A stretch of 63,976 bases of DNA, filler included, from Ionaspis alba (lineage: Eukaryota): the NCBI GenBank assembly GCA_964255285.1. It is 4 parts of 4 records of this genome, joined end to end, with 100 filler letters (N's around TTAATTAATTAA, not from the genome) between each part and the next. Parts side by side here need not be neighbours in the genome. Positions count along the whole stretch, not along the records: positions 1 to 16,166 come from CAXUUL010000353.1; positions 16,267 to 32,254 come from CAXUUL010000356.1; 2 more parts are not named here. One strand, 5' to 3'. Below are positions 13,691-26,172 of this stretch, one piece after another. A program made the position numbers and the translations under genes. The notes under the pieces were generated by a model. That model saw only the letters and a list, made by a program, of their open reading frames with translations, did not search any database and was not told where the DNA came from. The stretch's first letter is position 1, and every line of letters begins with the position of its first letter.

Positions 13691-14458
13691 CTACTTTGGA
13701 ATGACGAACTTTCGGTCGACAATGATAGTTGGCGGAGGTTTGAGAGGCATGATGTCCTCGAGGATTCTTGGTGGTCCTAAGAGACCGTTGATCACATCGC
13801 AGAACTTCTTATCCTCCTCTACCTGCTTAGCCAGGGCGCCGTTGATGTTTTGGCTCACGGGCCTCGAAATGTGGATTTTCTGCAGTTGCGGCAAAGCGTG
13901 CACCATGTTGAGGACGGTCTCCTCGAGGTTGCTGCCGGTATGCTCGAAGTCCCAGTTGACGCCGACCCCGAGATGCGTCAGGTTCGGAAGGCGAGTCAGG
14001 CGATGGCGCAGCTCCGTGTCTCTGCAGATCTGAGCATTTCTAGGGTTCTTTGCGTCGATGACGGAGTAAACGCTTGGGAGAAAAAGCACAGCCCTGATGT
14101 ACGCGCAAACCCTCGGAGAGAGCATGTTCGTGATGCGTGTGAGCTGCTCCAGGGTCTGGAAGAGGAAGCGATTACGGCCCCAGAAAAGCTGGCTCGACTC
14201 GAGGTAGAGAGTGGAACTAGTCCAGCGGTGACTGACGTCCTCCTTGAGGTATGTGTCGGCGCGTAGAACCCAGGCCCAGCCATTGTCTGAGATGCTGAGA
14301 TCTATGGGCTTTTGACTGAGAAGAACGCGGCGGAGAATGTTGGTCCGGACTTTGTAATTGAGGGTTGTCAGTTGCTCTGGGTTCTGCAGGGAAGCTAGGT
14401 AGGCCAAGGCGTGCATCGGGGTCTCAAACTGCATCTTCTCGATCGGAAGTGCCAGAGG
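13691..14458 (-). CDS. F-box-like/DUF7730-type protein, repeat unit 2 (5' part lies in an N gap)
   Basis: Open frame from the gap to the stop at 13691. Contains LTTLNYKVRTNILRRVLL and LYLESSQLFWGRNRFLF, and is collinear with unit 1. Confidence 0.6.
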   Translation of the reverse strand, partial: PLALPIEKMQFETPMHALAYLASLQNPEQLTTLNYKVRTNILRRVLLSQKPIDLSISDNGWAWVLRADTYLKEDVSHRWTSSTLYLESSQLFWGRNRFLFQTLEQLTRITNMLSPRVCAYIRAVLFLPSVYSVIDAKNPRNAQICRDTELRHRLTRLPNLTHLGVGVNWDFEHTGSNLEETVLNMVHALPQLQKIHISRPVSQNINGALAKQVEEDKKFCDVINGLLGPPRILEDIMPLKPPPTIIVDRKFVIPK

Positions 14459-14558
14459 NNNNNNNNNNNNNNNNNNNNNNNNNNNNNNNNNNNNNNNNNN
14501 NNNNNNNNNNNNNNNNNNNNNNNNNNNNNNNNNNNNNNNNNNNNNNNNNNNNNNNNNN
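14459..14558. other. Scaffold gap (100 N) without duplicated flanks
   Basis: Run of N; true size unknown. Confidence 0.95.
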
Positions 14559-14660
14559 GATGGCAGACTCACCTCTCTTTTACCATTCACGACCCACCTT
14601 GGCAGCTCACCTCACAAAGCCCCGTGGTTCAGGCCTCCCGATTACTCTGCATGAGGCTAT

Positions 14661-15395
14661 CTATGTATCACCCACGAAAGCGAGGAGAAAATGGCTATGC
14701 ACCATAGGAGTGAAGATCCGGTCTCTGAGCTGCCGGTCCGAGTATGCAAGCTCGGCGGCACGGCCAGGATGAATCTGTCCCCTCCACTCTGGCCGTAAGA
14801 TCTCGAGGTCCCGCAGCGACGGCATGTCGGCAATGAGATTCTCGATGACCTCCTGGAGGGATGGGTCCGTGAAATCCCAGTCGACCATGACGCCGAGACG
14901 GGTCACGTTCGCAAAATTCGACATCATCGTGCGTATCGCCCGATTGATGGCTGTCTGAGCGAAGACGGGTCTGGGGTACTGGCCGGCAATAAAGCAATCC
15001 TGGCGAAGAACTAGGGTTCTGAGCGACTTCCGGGCATGCTCCTGCAGCCTGTTGTGTATGTGAGTCAGGACCATGAAATTGGGTACGTCAATAACGTTCT
15101 CGGTGAAGAATATGAACGTACTCTCTTCATAGACCCGGCGGCTGGCCCGTCGCAGTTCGCGGAATACTTGGAGTGGTGTGAAAGCCAGCATGGAGCACCA
15201 TCCCCAGCCCTCGACGGGCCGGACGATCTGGATGCGATCATTGGATACAAGCACTAGTCTGTAGATCTCCCTTCGGACTTGGATGGGCAGATCGAGGAAT
15301 CCAATGATTCGTCGCTCTATTTGGGGTGGCATTGGTGAGGTGATAATCTCGCCAGACTCGACCGAGTATGAGCTGCTCGAACCGTCCACAGACAT
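14661..15395 (-). CDS. F-box-like/DUF7730-type protein, repeat unit 1 (possibly spliced to unit 2)
   Basis: 244-aa ORF with GFLDLPIQVRREIYRLVL (F-box-like) and LRRASRRVYEESTFIFFTEN. There is a possible intron near 14703-14661. Confidence 0.6.
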   Translation of the reverse strand: MSVDGSSSSYSVESGEIITSPMPPQIERRIIGFLDLPIQVRREIYRLVLVSNDRIQIVRPVEGWGWCSMLAFTPLQVFRELRRASRRVYEESTFIFFTENVIDVPNFMVLTHIHNRLQEHARKSLRTLVLRQDCFIAGQYPRPVFAQTAINRAIRTMMSNFANVTRLGVMVDWDFTDPSLQEVIENLIADMPSLRDLEILRPEWRGQIHPGRAAELAYSDRQLRDRIFTPMVHSHFLLAFVGDT

Positions 15396-16166
15396 GATTG
15401 CAGAAGATGAACGATCTGAGAGTCTGTAAGCAACAGGAATGGGGCTTTGCGTACCTGATTGTGGTGAAAGCCGTCTTGAGTGGTAAGAGATGGAAGGGCC
15501 AGATTATCGAATAGAAGTGGAGGGGAGGAAGGAGGGAGAAGAAAGAAAAGAAAAACGTTTATGTGCATGATATCCTACAACCCTGCGGTTGTGTACAACA
15601 AAGAGCATTGTTGTTGGAATTGTTCAAGTTGTGATTGTTTGCTTGGAGTTCGGCTAAAATTCTCTATTCACAGAAGTATTGATAGTCGAGTTATTCGTGA
15701 CTTTGTTCGACAGGTGTGACTGTCTTGTCAGGGCTCGGCTAATTGTTTATTTGCTTGCACGGTCTTCTTGGAAGGCCTCTAGATATTCTGGAGGGATCCG
15801 AAGGGCAATGAATACGACCACTCGAGAAAGGCTATCTCACCCCTGGAATCTCAACGCTTGCGCACCTCCTGCCCCCACGTAACCATGTCGCTACATTGAA
15901 GACGAGAAGAAATACTCTAGCGTGTTTGCGATCGCTGTTGCCCAACCAGAACTGCCAGCCCTTTGCACCTCTTGGTCGTGTTCCTTGTATATCGCTCATA
16001 CCTGTGCTTCCTTTATGATGTAGTCATGCCTCTCTACTCTTCTTCTTATGGGTCATGATGCTACGGTACTGCAATCGAAGGTGGCCGGAGCCATGAGACT
16101 GATTTAGATCCAGTGCCACCTTTTGGGGAGTATCCTGACCGTTTCTCCCTTCTTCGATGTCCTCAA

Positions 16167-16266
16167 NNNNNNNNNNNNNNNNNNNNNNNNNNNNNNNNNN
16201 NNNNNNNNNNTTAATTAATTAANNNNNNNNNNNNNNNNNNNNNNNNNNNNNNNNNNNNNNNNNNNN
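16167..16266. other. Artificial contig-joining spacer
   Basis: 44 N + TTAATTAATTAA (16211-16222; stop codons in all six frames) + 44 N. Confidence 0.97.
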
Positions 16267-16320
16267 TTTAGATCTAGCAATGACTACAGCCAAAAGATGT
16301 GATGTTGTCGTAAAGCTTCT

Positions 16321-18289
16321 TCAGTGGGATACTGAACCAAACCCACATACTCTATCGGCACTGACCTGTCGCCGACGAAATTGAAGCATCGGACCCTCCT
16401 TCGCAGCTGTAACATGATCATAGAGCTGATACTCTTTCACTCTGTGTCGTCCTCCTCGTGCACCTTCAGTACCAGCGCCTAGCATTCCTTCTGGTCCTTC
16501 CACAACCTTGAAATCAAAATCGTAGAGCACAGTGGCCAAGATACTCATCAACTCCATAACAGCCAATCCCCTCCCAACACATGATCTTGGCCCCTTCGAG
16601 AAAGGTGTGAAGGCACTGTGGGCCCTCTCAACCTCTGCCCTACTTCTCCCACCCTCATCGTTACCGACTAGCCATCGCTCGGGATCGAAAACGAAAGGAT
16701 CAGGGAAGTATGCCGAATTGTGATGGATGGCGTAGATACCGGTACCCACATCACATCCACTGGGAAGATAGAAGCCATCCACGGTGATACCGCCCTCTTC
16801 GACTTCGCGGAACGGAGAGCTGGAGACTGGTGGAGCCATCCGCATGCTCTCGTCGATGCAGGCGCGAAGATATGTACATTTGTTGAGCTGAGGGCGACTC
16901 CTGATCTCGGAGGCAGAGGAGAAAGTGTTTCGGATTTCTTGTGCGACTTTTTGGTATACGGATGGGTAGCGACTGAGATAGAAGAAGCAGGCGGCTAAGA
17001 CTGTGGATGTGGTATCAGAGCCTGCGAGAATCAAGTTTGTGGATTCCGCAGCGATCTCCACGGGTGTCAAGCCCTCGCCATCTCTGGCTTTCATGAGGAT
17101 GTCGTATACGGATCGTCGCTGGGCTTTCGTCTTGTCCTCAGCACTTTTTTCGGCTAGCAATTTCTTAACAAATGCGATGAAGGTGTACCGAGCTACGATC
17201 GCCGATCGAAAGAGCCATAGGTCAAGGAATGTGCCTTTGTACTCGTGCAAAGGGATCATGACGCCAACACGGACATTCGATTCGGCAACCGCTTTGAGAA
17301 GGGAGCGATTGGTCGTTGTACTAATCATATCGCACTTTGCCCCGTAGATGATGTCGAGCATGATGTCAAATGCTAAGTAATCGCCTGTCAATTATTTCGG
17401 TACCATGGTCAGTTTTGGCACTTTTGTAATGTTCCAGTCTTTTTTGACACGTAGATGCCATCACTCACACCACTCAGCCATGTTCTTAGCATCTGACCAT
17501 ATCTCTTCACTCGTGGCATGGTCTGGACCTAGATTTTTCTGTTGGTCTTGAAGAAGATGATCGCAAAAATTGCTTATATGGGTGTGGAGAGGCTCTTCGT
17601 ATGCTCTGAGTGCTGCGTCTGAAAATCCGTGGGCAAGAAGCCGACGCTGCTGAGCGTGCAAATCCTTGTTCCTCTGTGTGATGGTGTTCGGAACCTTGGC
17701 CATCATTGACAGATAGCCCTTTGACTTTTTGACGTTCTTCTCAAGCACATACAAGCCTGCCAGTGGTGTTTCTGGTCAGATCAAAGGGAATTGGGATTAG
17801 AAGACATTTGAATTACGGGTCACGCACTGTTCATAGCCGTGTTCGTATTGAACAATAGGCGATTAGGTCCATAGCGTATATGATCACCTAGATACTCAAA
17901 TCTTAGCACATTCGTCGTTGAAACTTTTCAGAGAATGTTAGATGCTCACCATATCTTTCATGACAGTAATGCATATTAAGGTGCAAGTCTCCTTTCCATG
18001 AGTGATACGCAGCATATCCGTTGGTGATCTTGGCCCAGAAAGGGCCGGGAAACTTTGCCAACGGATGGAACCACAGCGAGTATATCACGAAGTATGCACA
18101 CTGCATCGAATTAGGGATTAGTCAAATCTGACAAAGGAGAGTTGACGGCATAGTGCAAACAGTCCTCAACTAACACAACAACATGGTCTCTATGATGAGT
18201 GACTATAGATCACATACCCATACTATTCCGACACTGAAAAATAGGATACTGGCTGTCCAAAGACCATGAATTGCGTTGTATGCCTCCAT
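16321..18289 (-). CDS. Cytochrome P450 monooxygenase (benzoate 4-hydroxylase/Tri11-like secondary-metabolism type)
   Basis: Probable ATG at 18289 (MEAYNAIHGLW..) and about 5 exons. Motifs FHPLAKFPGP, I-helix AGSDTTS, ExxR (ESMR), PERW, and heme motif PFSKGPRSCVG. Confidence 0.9.
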
Positions 18290-19053
18290 GGTATCCAGTT
18301 TAGAACAGAGCCACCCTGAGCAGAAGCAATCCACTGCAGGTTTTTCGACCGCAGCTTTACATCTTGTAGAAGCTCGAAGGCATTATTCTATCCCAACCCT
18401 TGGGCTTCCCATACGACACACGCGCAGCAGCGAACACAGGTAGTGAAACATTGCATTCACCTGTAGCACCCATGTAAGCAATAGAACTATCACACCGATC
18501 ATAGGCCTCGAGCTCCCTGTGCGAGATGCCTCCAGGCACCCAACCCCCCTGAAAAGACCATCGCGGTCGAGATAGAACGACGTTGGACTGGGGCGTTTCC
18601 CGCAGAGTTTCACAGGCCCGTGCTAAATATCCTTGCAGCGATGTTACCATGCAGGTCATCCCCAATGGCGAGCAAATGTAACCGGGTCTCATAGAGCGAT
18701 CTGTCTCGCGTCATGCAGGTGTCATCGGCGCGTATGCACGTAACACTTTCCTAAAGCGATCTCAGTGTCCCTGAATCTTCCGACCCGTTATTCCGCAAAA
18801 GTGATACGTGGGTTTCGGTGGCAGAACAAACGATCATGCACGTGTATTAATAGTCAATTGATGGATGGATGGAAAAACAGATGGATGTGAAACGTTCAAA
18901 TAATCTTTAAGAGTGAAAAGCAATTAGCTAAGCCCTAGGCAATACGACATGGCTCGGAGTTTCTTGAAGCTGGAACTTCTGAATTTGATATCAGTGCACT
19001 GGTCGCTTGTTACTAAACAATCGAAAACAGCAAGAGGAGTCTGCCGTGAAGGA

Positions 19054-21116
19054 TCATGCCACTCTCCTCAACTTTTTTTCCCACATAATCGCTAGCGCGA
19101 TAATCTGCGCACCTCCAAACCCGATCATGATTCTCATCTGCAAATCGTACCCCTCAGCGAATGTAGACCTAACTAGATCCTGCTGTTCCGGAGGAAGTAG
19201 GTGAACACTCTGAACCGATTGTAGAAGATTGGCCAATTGATCAACTGTCAATACAACGGAAAGTCTTGACTTGACATAGCTATTCAACGCATTCGTCGCA
19301 ATGGCCAAGCCGAGGACTCCACCAATGGCACGAAACTGAGCCTGGGCTCCCATTGCGACGGCTATAAATGTTAGCAAATGACCTATTATCAGTCTTCTAA
19401 CTTCGTGGACACAAACATTGATCTTTGCCTCGTATGAGCTGTGGTGTGAATTGTACGAGAGTGCCAATATTGATGCCAAGTCCAATACTCAAAAGCATCT
19501 CAAAGCCATAGACCTTGGCTCCAGGGTCTACAGACAGTGTAGACATTAATGCTGTGCTAATGACTTGGAGAATGGCTCCGCCTAGAAGTATGAAGATTGG
19601 GGGTACCTGTATTTTTGAGGCTAGTACGTTTCCAAATATGACACCGATCGAAGAGCCGAGCGTAAAAGGTAGCAAGCGAACGCCAGCCTGAAATGCGGAT
19701 GTAGCGCTCACGGTCTGAAAGCGCTGTGGTATCTGGATTATAGCAACTGTGAATGGAACACCTGCAAGGAATGTGATGCTATCGTCAGTTAGCATAGTTG
19801 CAGATGCCTGTGGCTAAACCTTCACTAACGCGAGAGAACCCATAAACACCCTGTGTTTCAAGAGTCGCCATGTCAACACAGCCTCTTGAATTTTCCCTCC
19901 TCGATCCAAAGAGTGCTCCCGCCACAGGAAACTGCTTGCAAGCACCCCTGAAAGAACCAAGAGCACAACGATAGTAGGAGACGACCACTCATAACGAGTA
20001 CCTGCCTCTTCCAAGGCAGCGACAAAGCATACAGAAGCTCCGAATAGGAGCGTGGCTCCTAGGAAGTCAATCCTACCGACAATCTCCTTTGGCACACTCT
20101 TTGAACCGATTCTCGAGCTCGACTTCTTTGAGAGCGAATGTGGAAAGCTAGAAGGTATGAAGATATATAGTATGACTAGTGTCACCAGCCCGGCTGGTAG
20201 GCTGCAGAATTTAGAAACGAGCATCGAGTACTGTATCAACGTAGTGTTCAATAGACGTACTTCAGAAGGAACACCCATCGCCACGTGGTATTATCGCAAA
20301 TAGCGCCTCCCACCAGTGGACCAAGAAGATAGGAAACTGCGTATGCGAGTGCATTGAAAGCTGCATATCGAGAGTACTGTGCTGGTTCAACCATTTCAGG
20401 GAGGATGACAAAGGTCAAGGAGAGCATTCCGGAGCCCCCGATTCCTTGGAAGGCACGAAAGACGATTCTGTTATCAGTCAGATTTTGTTCGTGATGCAAT
20501 GTTTGACCCAAACTCACAGCTGATTGGTCGTTTGAGCCGCTCCGCAAGCTCCGGAGGATATCATGAACACAACCAGTGCAGTGGTTAAGCATTGCCTTCG
20601 CCCAAGAATATCGCTGAACTTGGCCCAAATTATCAGGAAACCTGTCCTTATGTGAGATTTCAGCTGTACTATGGACAACTATGGAGAACGAGTCAAACCC
20701 GTATAGGTTAGCAAATATGAGGTGATGATCCAGCTACTCTCCTCGAAGCTTTTCAAGTCATTCGTGATAGAGACCAGAGCCGTGCTCACGATAGAGATCT
20801 CTAGATTCGAAAGGAAGAGGCTTAGTAACACTCTACGATTGCCATCATTAGCCAACTCCTCGAAGTATCATTGACTTTGGAAGACCCACGCAACAGTCGT
20901 CCCGTGCAGCTTCATGCCTTTGAGGTACTCCACAGCGGGTTCTTCATGGTCGTTGTCGATAGCACCGATGACGGGCTGCATCGGAGTTTCTTCGCCTTGC
21001 GGATGAGACTCCGTGCCTTTCTCCTTAGAAGGACTTGGAGATGGTGCTTGGGCCATAGTATCGCCAGTCCGCGATTGAGGTTCAATTTTCTCTGTTGAGT
21101 GCCGCCTGTCGTTCAT
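19054..21116 (-). CDS. MFS multidrug/toxin efflux transporter (DHA2-like, 14-TMS type)
   Basis: Multi-exon. Motifs LSNLEISIVSTALVSI, WIITSYLL, FRAFQGIGGSG, LLGPLVGGAI..TTWRWVFLLN, RIDFLG, QIPQRFQTV and QFRAIGGVLGLAI. Confidence 0.88.
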
Positions 21117-22146
21117 AGAGATCTTGTTGTTGGAAATATGCGGCAACAACTCTGTGTCTCGAGAAGGTGCTCATCATGCAAAAGAAAAACAACAAGGGAA
21201 ATATTGTACAACAATCATGATACCGACAATACAATCGTAGATAGAAAACCACCGGAGATAGTATAGTCCTGGTCTCCGAGCCACTGCAATGCGACGCAGC
21301 TTGACGAGACACGCATAGGACACGGACGTCAACGACGATGCATCGAAGACTGATCGTTTATGCGGTGCTGCAAGCTTGCAGCTTCCTATGAAGTCTTGGG
21401 CTGATATTATCTGGCCCCCAACATTCCCCGTGTCGACGAACGGCAAAGCACAAAATCACCATGCCTATCATCACGAGTTGCACGACGGGGGTTGGTTGCT
21501 ATGACTTGCATATTGCAGGTGGGATCAGGACAATCGCCACGACTTCCGATCAGCTCAGGCAATACAGCTGAGAAGTTCTGGAGCACCGCTGCGACATGTT
21601 CCCAGCTGATGGGATGATCCTGCTCTCAAGCGCGTAGGAGGCACCGAATGCCACCTCGTAGTACGAATATTCGTTCACGTGGCACGGAGCTTATAGGTTT
21701 TCACACCCTCGAGAGGAAAGTGTAACCATGAGGTATCCAAAGATCCACCCGTTGGTGTCACTGAGCGTCACGAATAAACGATGCAGCGGTAGTACATTAG
21801 ATCAAAGTGACCATGATATGGAAGGAATCTGCTAATCTGCGTGCAATTCTGCATGTAGTGGTCGGTGAGACGCTAGATATTATATTACCCGCATTCCCGC
21901 TTTTCCACCCCCAGCGCTTATCGGTACGTGCCGGGGGCGTAACAATTTCTACTTTAAGCCCGCCAAGTCCTGCCCGCTCAACCTCCTTCTGTTATTGTTT
22001 AGACCGCCCCTAAGAGCTCAGACCGAACTTTATGCTGCCACTAAAAGCGGGCCACCATATGACTGACCTGCAGACTGACGAAAGTGCTATTGATACAGAA
22101 GACGAACTGATCAACCCAAGACAATTATCTTGAAACATCAAGCCCT

Positions 22147-23477
22147 TCATTGAGAGTGTGATTCCCACTGCACGCTTGACTGAACTTGAATACCCTTCTC
22201 CGATCGATCGAAACCCGACATCTCTAATCCATCGGCGTTTGCTTGAGCTTGATAATGGGGCATGTGTCCAAAGATGTCGGTGTCAGGTGCGCTACGAAAG
22301 TTGTCGAGCCTCGTAAAGCTCCCAGCGTCCTCGCTTCGTGACTTATGGCTGCTGGGCCAATGATGCCGATGCTGCGAGCCCTTAGCCGTAGAGCCGACCT
22401 TCCGACTCGAGGTTTTCAGCAGTTTCTGACCTAGGATAAGTCGAAGGAGTGGCGCCATGCTTGGGAGGCATGCGAGGACAATGCCAATGTTAGTTTCCAC
22501 AACATTCCAGATGCCGAGAGGGACGAGCACCCCTAGTGTGGCCTTAGTAGAGTCAAACAAGGTTGATGGTACAATGGTCTCACAGGTGAAGTCATGGTCG
22601 AGTTGAGCTTGGATGACGGTGACCAGACGGAGGGACGAGATGACAATAATGCTTGAGAGTTTCGATCAGCAGTTTTCTATATCACTACTCCGAACTCTAT
22701 CAAACTCACAATCCAGCCAGAGCGAAGATTCCTGTGATGGCGATCTTCTGTGAATTCGGCATCTGTAATTTCCAAATCAAAGGAATCGGGAAGAGGAGGA
22801 GCACGACATCGGTGGAGATATTGGGAATCGCGACTCCGAAAAAATATTTGACAGTATCGATACACTTCGAAGCAATATGCTTCTCCCAAAAACCGTTCAC
22901 AGGAACACATGAGAAAATGCCAACAAGACACTATAGTAGCTCTCATAAGTACCCTGAACATTGGGAGTCTAGATCAACCTACGGTAGCGATCAACCAGCC
23001 CATGACAATCGCGCCGATAATGATTAGAGGTATCTTGGTTCCCGGAACGCTGAAGATACGACGGTAGAAGAGAATGATGGAGAATTTGATGCCGGCGATT
23101 GCAAACAGATAGACAATCTGGTCAACATAGAGCATTTCGAAGAAGTGCAAAATCGATTTGGGCGTGGCAAGCTGGACATGTTGACCATACTTGCCAATGT
23201 CGACAGCTGTGAGTTCTTCAGTCAGCTATTGCACAGTTTCTGTAGTTGATGGCCTCCTACCAACGAATTGGGTAATACAGACACCCCATGCGAAAGGCAT
23301 AGTTAGGAGGATTGTCCAGTCATCCCAAAGAATAGGCTGTTTAGCAAGCCTTCTTGCAAAGAAGCGCATGCCGACACCAAGAGCCGACATACACATCATC
23401 GCCGCACCGACACTGATCACCAGAGGACCATTGCTGGCATTGACATCAACCACGTCGCTTCCTACCAAGCCGAACAT
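22147..23477 (-). CDS. PTH11-like integral membrane protein (fungal rhodopsin domain, no CFEM)
   Basis: MRFFARR..LWDDWTIL, GIKFSIILFYRRIF, NISTDVVLLLFPIPLIWKLQM..QKIAITGIFALAG and WNVVETNIGIVLACLP. About 5 exons. Confidence 0.88.
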
Positions 23478-24563
23478 GATTGAATCTAGGGACAGCTGAA
23501 AGTAGAAGTGAAGTAGAGAAATCGATCAATTGGATTAAAATGGAGACTAAGAGTCTAACATGAAGATAACATAATACTGATGCTCGTCGCGTCAAAAGAC
23601 TTAATACAAAGTAGAACAGAACCGGAAGACGTGAAAGGAGGACTAGTTGGAGGCAATGCTGCCTTCACGCATCTGCAATGTGACTCTGCAGACCATCGAC
23701 CACAACATGCATGTATACAAGTACCATGGCGCCTTGGAACCACACCTCAGGTAACCCACTCATCAAGGAAAAGTAAGCCATGCATGCATAGTGCAATCGG
23801 TGATGCAGCGCAAACCGTCTACCTTACTCGGCGCCGTAGGAACATGGTTCTTTCGTGTCTTTCTGTACCACAGCAGTGGTGTTGATCAGCCGCACCTGGT
23901 AGTAGGTGCTACACAAAGAATGTATAAGAAAATGAAGCTCTTGGTTCTTCTTGCGCCTCCCTGGCTCCGGCCGTTTGACCAGGAGCGGGTTAGCGTAAAG
24001 ATCGGACCTACTCGCATGAGGCCGGTACGAGTTTCGGCAGAGAACGATGCATTGACGCCGCCTGCGTCCCGTGAACAAATGATGCTCAGGTATTATCGTG
24101 GAGGCAGAGCACATGCCATCTTTCCATCTCGTCATTGGTGACCATTGGAGCGGTAGACGCGAAAGCCTTGAGAAGGAAGAGTCGCATCCAGAGCGTTGAC
24201 CTGAAACAATGCTGAGAACCCCCACCAGCGACTAGGCAGTGGCCGATCCACGATACGATCATGGCCCATATGCTGGGCTTCTATGTTGGCCGGGAGTCAG
24301 ACGAAACCTGCGGGGTTGTGGAGGATCGGATCCACAAATGTCATGATTGTTTGGTAGCATGCAGCATCTCGTCTTCACCTAGGCGGAGTTGAACTTCCTG
24401 TCGACTACTTGTACATAGGTATGTTTCTCGTTCTAGAAATAGATAAGAACACGGTTGTATCTTCAGTATTCCTGCAGTGAAGCGAGGAACTCTTATTGCA
24501 TTCATCGCTGTTTGTATCATTACTTGTTGCTAGAACCCTTCCTTCTCAACCGTCATCTTCACC

Positions 24564-26172
24564 ATGTCTTCTACGCAGACAGAAGTTCTCTCTCCCAAGG
24601 AGCCTAAATGTTCTATCATTCTATCTACATCTATCGAAGACCCCAATACTCAGGTTGAAAGCACTGATTGTGGGAAGACATCCTATGGCAAGTTGGTAGA
24701 CAGCTATGGCAGCGAGTTCAAGGTTCCCGAATACAGCTTCAAGCAGATCAAGGACGCAATCCCAGCCCGCTGCTTCAACAAGTCCGCCCTGATCGGATTC
24801 CGCTACATCGTCCAAGATGTCTCCCTACTAGTCGGAACTTTCTATGTCTTCAATACCTACGTCACAAGTTCGACAGTCCCTTCTTGGTATCTCCGCTTGG
24901 CTCTGTGGACGCTTTATACCATTCTCCAAGGTCTCTTCGGCATCGGTATTTGGGTTATAGCGCACGAATGCGGGCATGGAGCTTTCTCTGATTCTAAGAC
25001 TCTTAACGATATCACAGGATGGATCTTACACTCTGCCCTCCTTGTCCCCTATTTCTCTTGGAAGTTGTCTCACAAGCAGCATCACGCCTTGCACAACAAT
25101 CTCGCCAAGGACATGCAATTTGTGCCCAAAACCCGCGAGGAGTACGGCAAACATACCGGCAAGGCAAAGCACTCCAACTGGGAATTTACCGAGGAAATGC
25201 CCGTACGAACAGCAGCCGAGCTAGTCATCCAGCAGTTGATAGGGTGGCCTAGGCATCTCCTTACCCACGATTCCGGCAGTACGGGCTACCAGCTACGAGC
25301 CGACGGTCGTGGTGTCGGTAAGGAACACGGACTCGGGAAAGGGGTAAACCACTTCAATCCTAACAGTCCTCTATTTGCCGCCGATGAGGGCCATCTCATT
25401 CTACTAAGTGATCTTGGACTAGCTCTTACCGTAAGCGCCACTGNNNNNNNNNNNNNNNNNNNNNNNNNNNNNNNNNNNNNNNNNNNNNNNNNNNNNNNNN
25501 NNNNNNNNNNNNNNNNNNNNNNNNNNNNNNNNNNNNNNNNNNNGGCCATCTCATTCTACTAAGTGATCTTGGACTAGCTCTTACCGTAAGCGCCACTGTA
25601 TACGTTGGCTACCTCTACGGCTGGGTAAACGTGTTCGTCTGGTACTGGATTCCATATCTTTGGGTCAACCACTGGCTTGGTATGTGCTCTTCGTATTGCA
25701 TCAGACGCTTAGCTAAATCAACTCCAATCATCCTCACTAACAGATTCTCCAAACACTAGTTGCTATAGCCTACCTTCAACACACCGACCCCTCCCTACCG
25801 AAATACACACCTCAAGCATGGACCTATACGCGCGGCGCCGCGGCAACCATCGACCGCGACTTTGGGTTCATTGGCCGTGTCTTCTTTCACGAGATAATCG
25901 AGACCCACGTCTTGCACCACACCATTCCTAGCATTCCCTTCTATCACGCGCGCGAAGCTACCGAGGCTATCAAAACAGTTATGGGCGAGCACTATCGCTC
26001 TGATGTGCGCGAAGGAATGCTGGGTTTTATGAAAAGTATGTGGAGGAGTGCTCGGTGGTGTCAGTGGGTTGAGGAATGCGAGGGCGCGGAGGGAATCGGA
26101 AAGGGGATTTGGTTTCCGAGGAATAGTAATGGATTAGGAGTGCCGCCTATGAAGTTGGAGGGCAAGCGATGA
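24564..26172 (+). CDS. Delta-12/omega-6 fatty acid desaturase-like (FAD2 family), divergent
   Basis: His boxes HECGH, HKQHH and HVLHH; also KQIKDAIPARCF and AIAYLQHTDPSLPKY. Intron approx. 25680-25759. The frame is continuous once the 55-bp gap duplication is collapsed. Confidence 0.88.
25389..25598. other. 100-N scaffold gap flanked by an exact 55-bp duplication (assembly artefact)
   Basis: 25389-25443 is identical to 25544-25598. Confidence 0.92.

Noticed and set aside
16211..16222. TTAATTAATTAA palindrome repeated three times in the window (piggyBac TTAA or regulatory element?)
   Set aside because: It is always centred in 44N+44N, so it is an artificial six-frame-stop linker.
25389..25598. 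55-bp direct repeats around gaps (also 28923-29132 and 52960-53169), resembling target-site duplications or insertions that disrupt genes
   Set aside because: The same 55-bp length occurs at every such gap, and collapsing the repeat restores the desaturase frame. This is a k-mer overlap artefact, not pseudogenisation.
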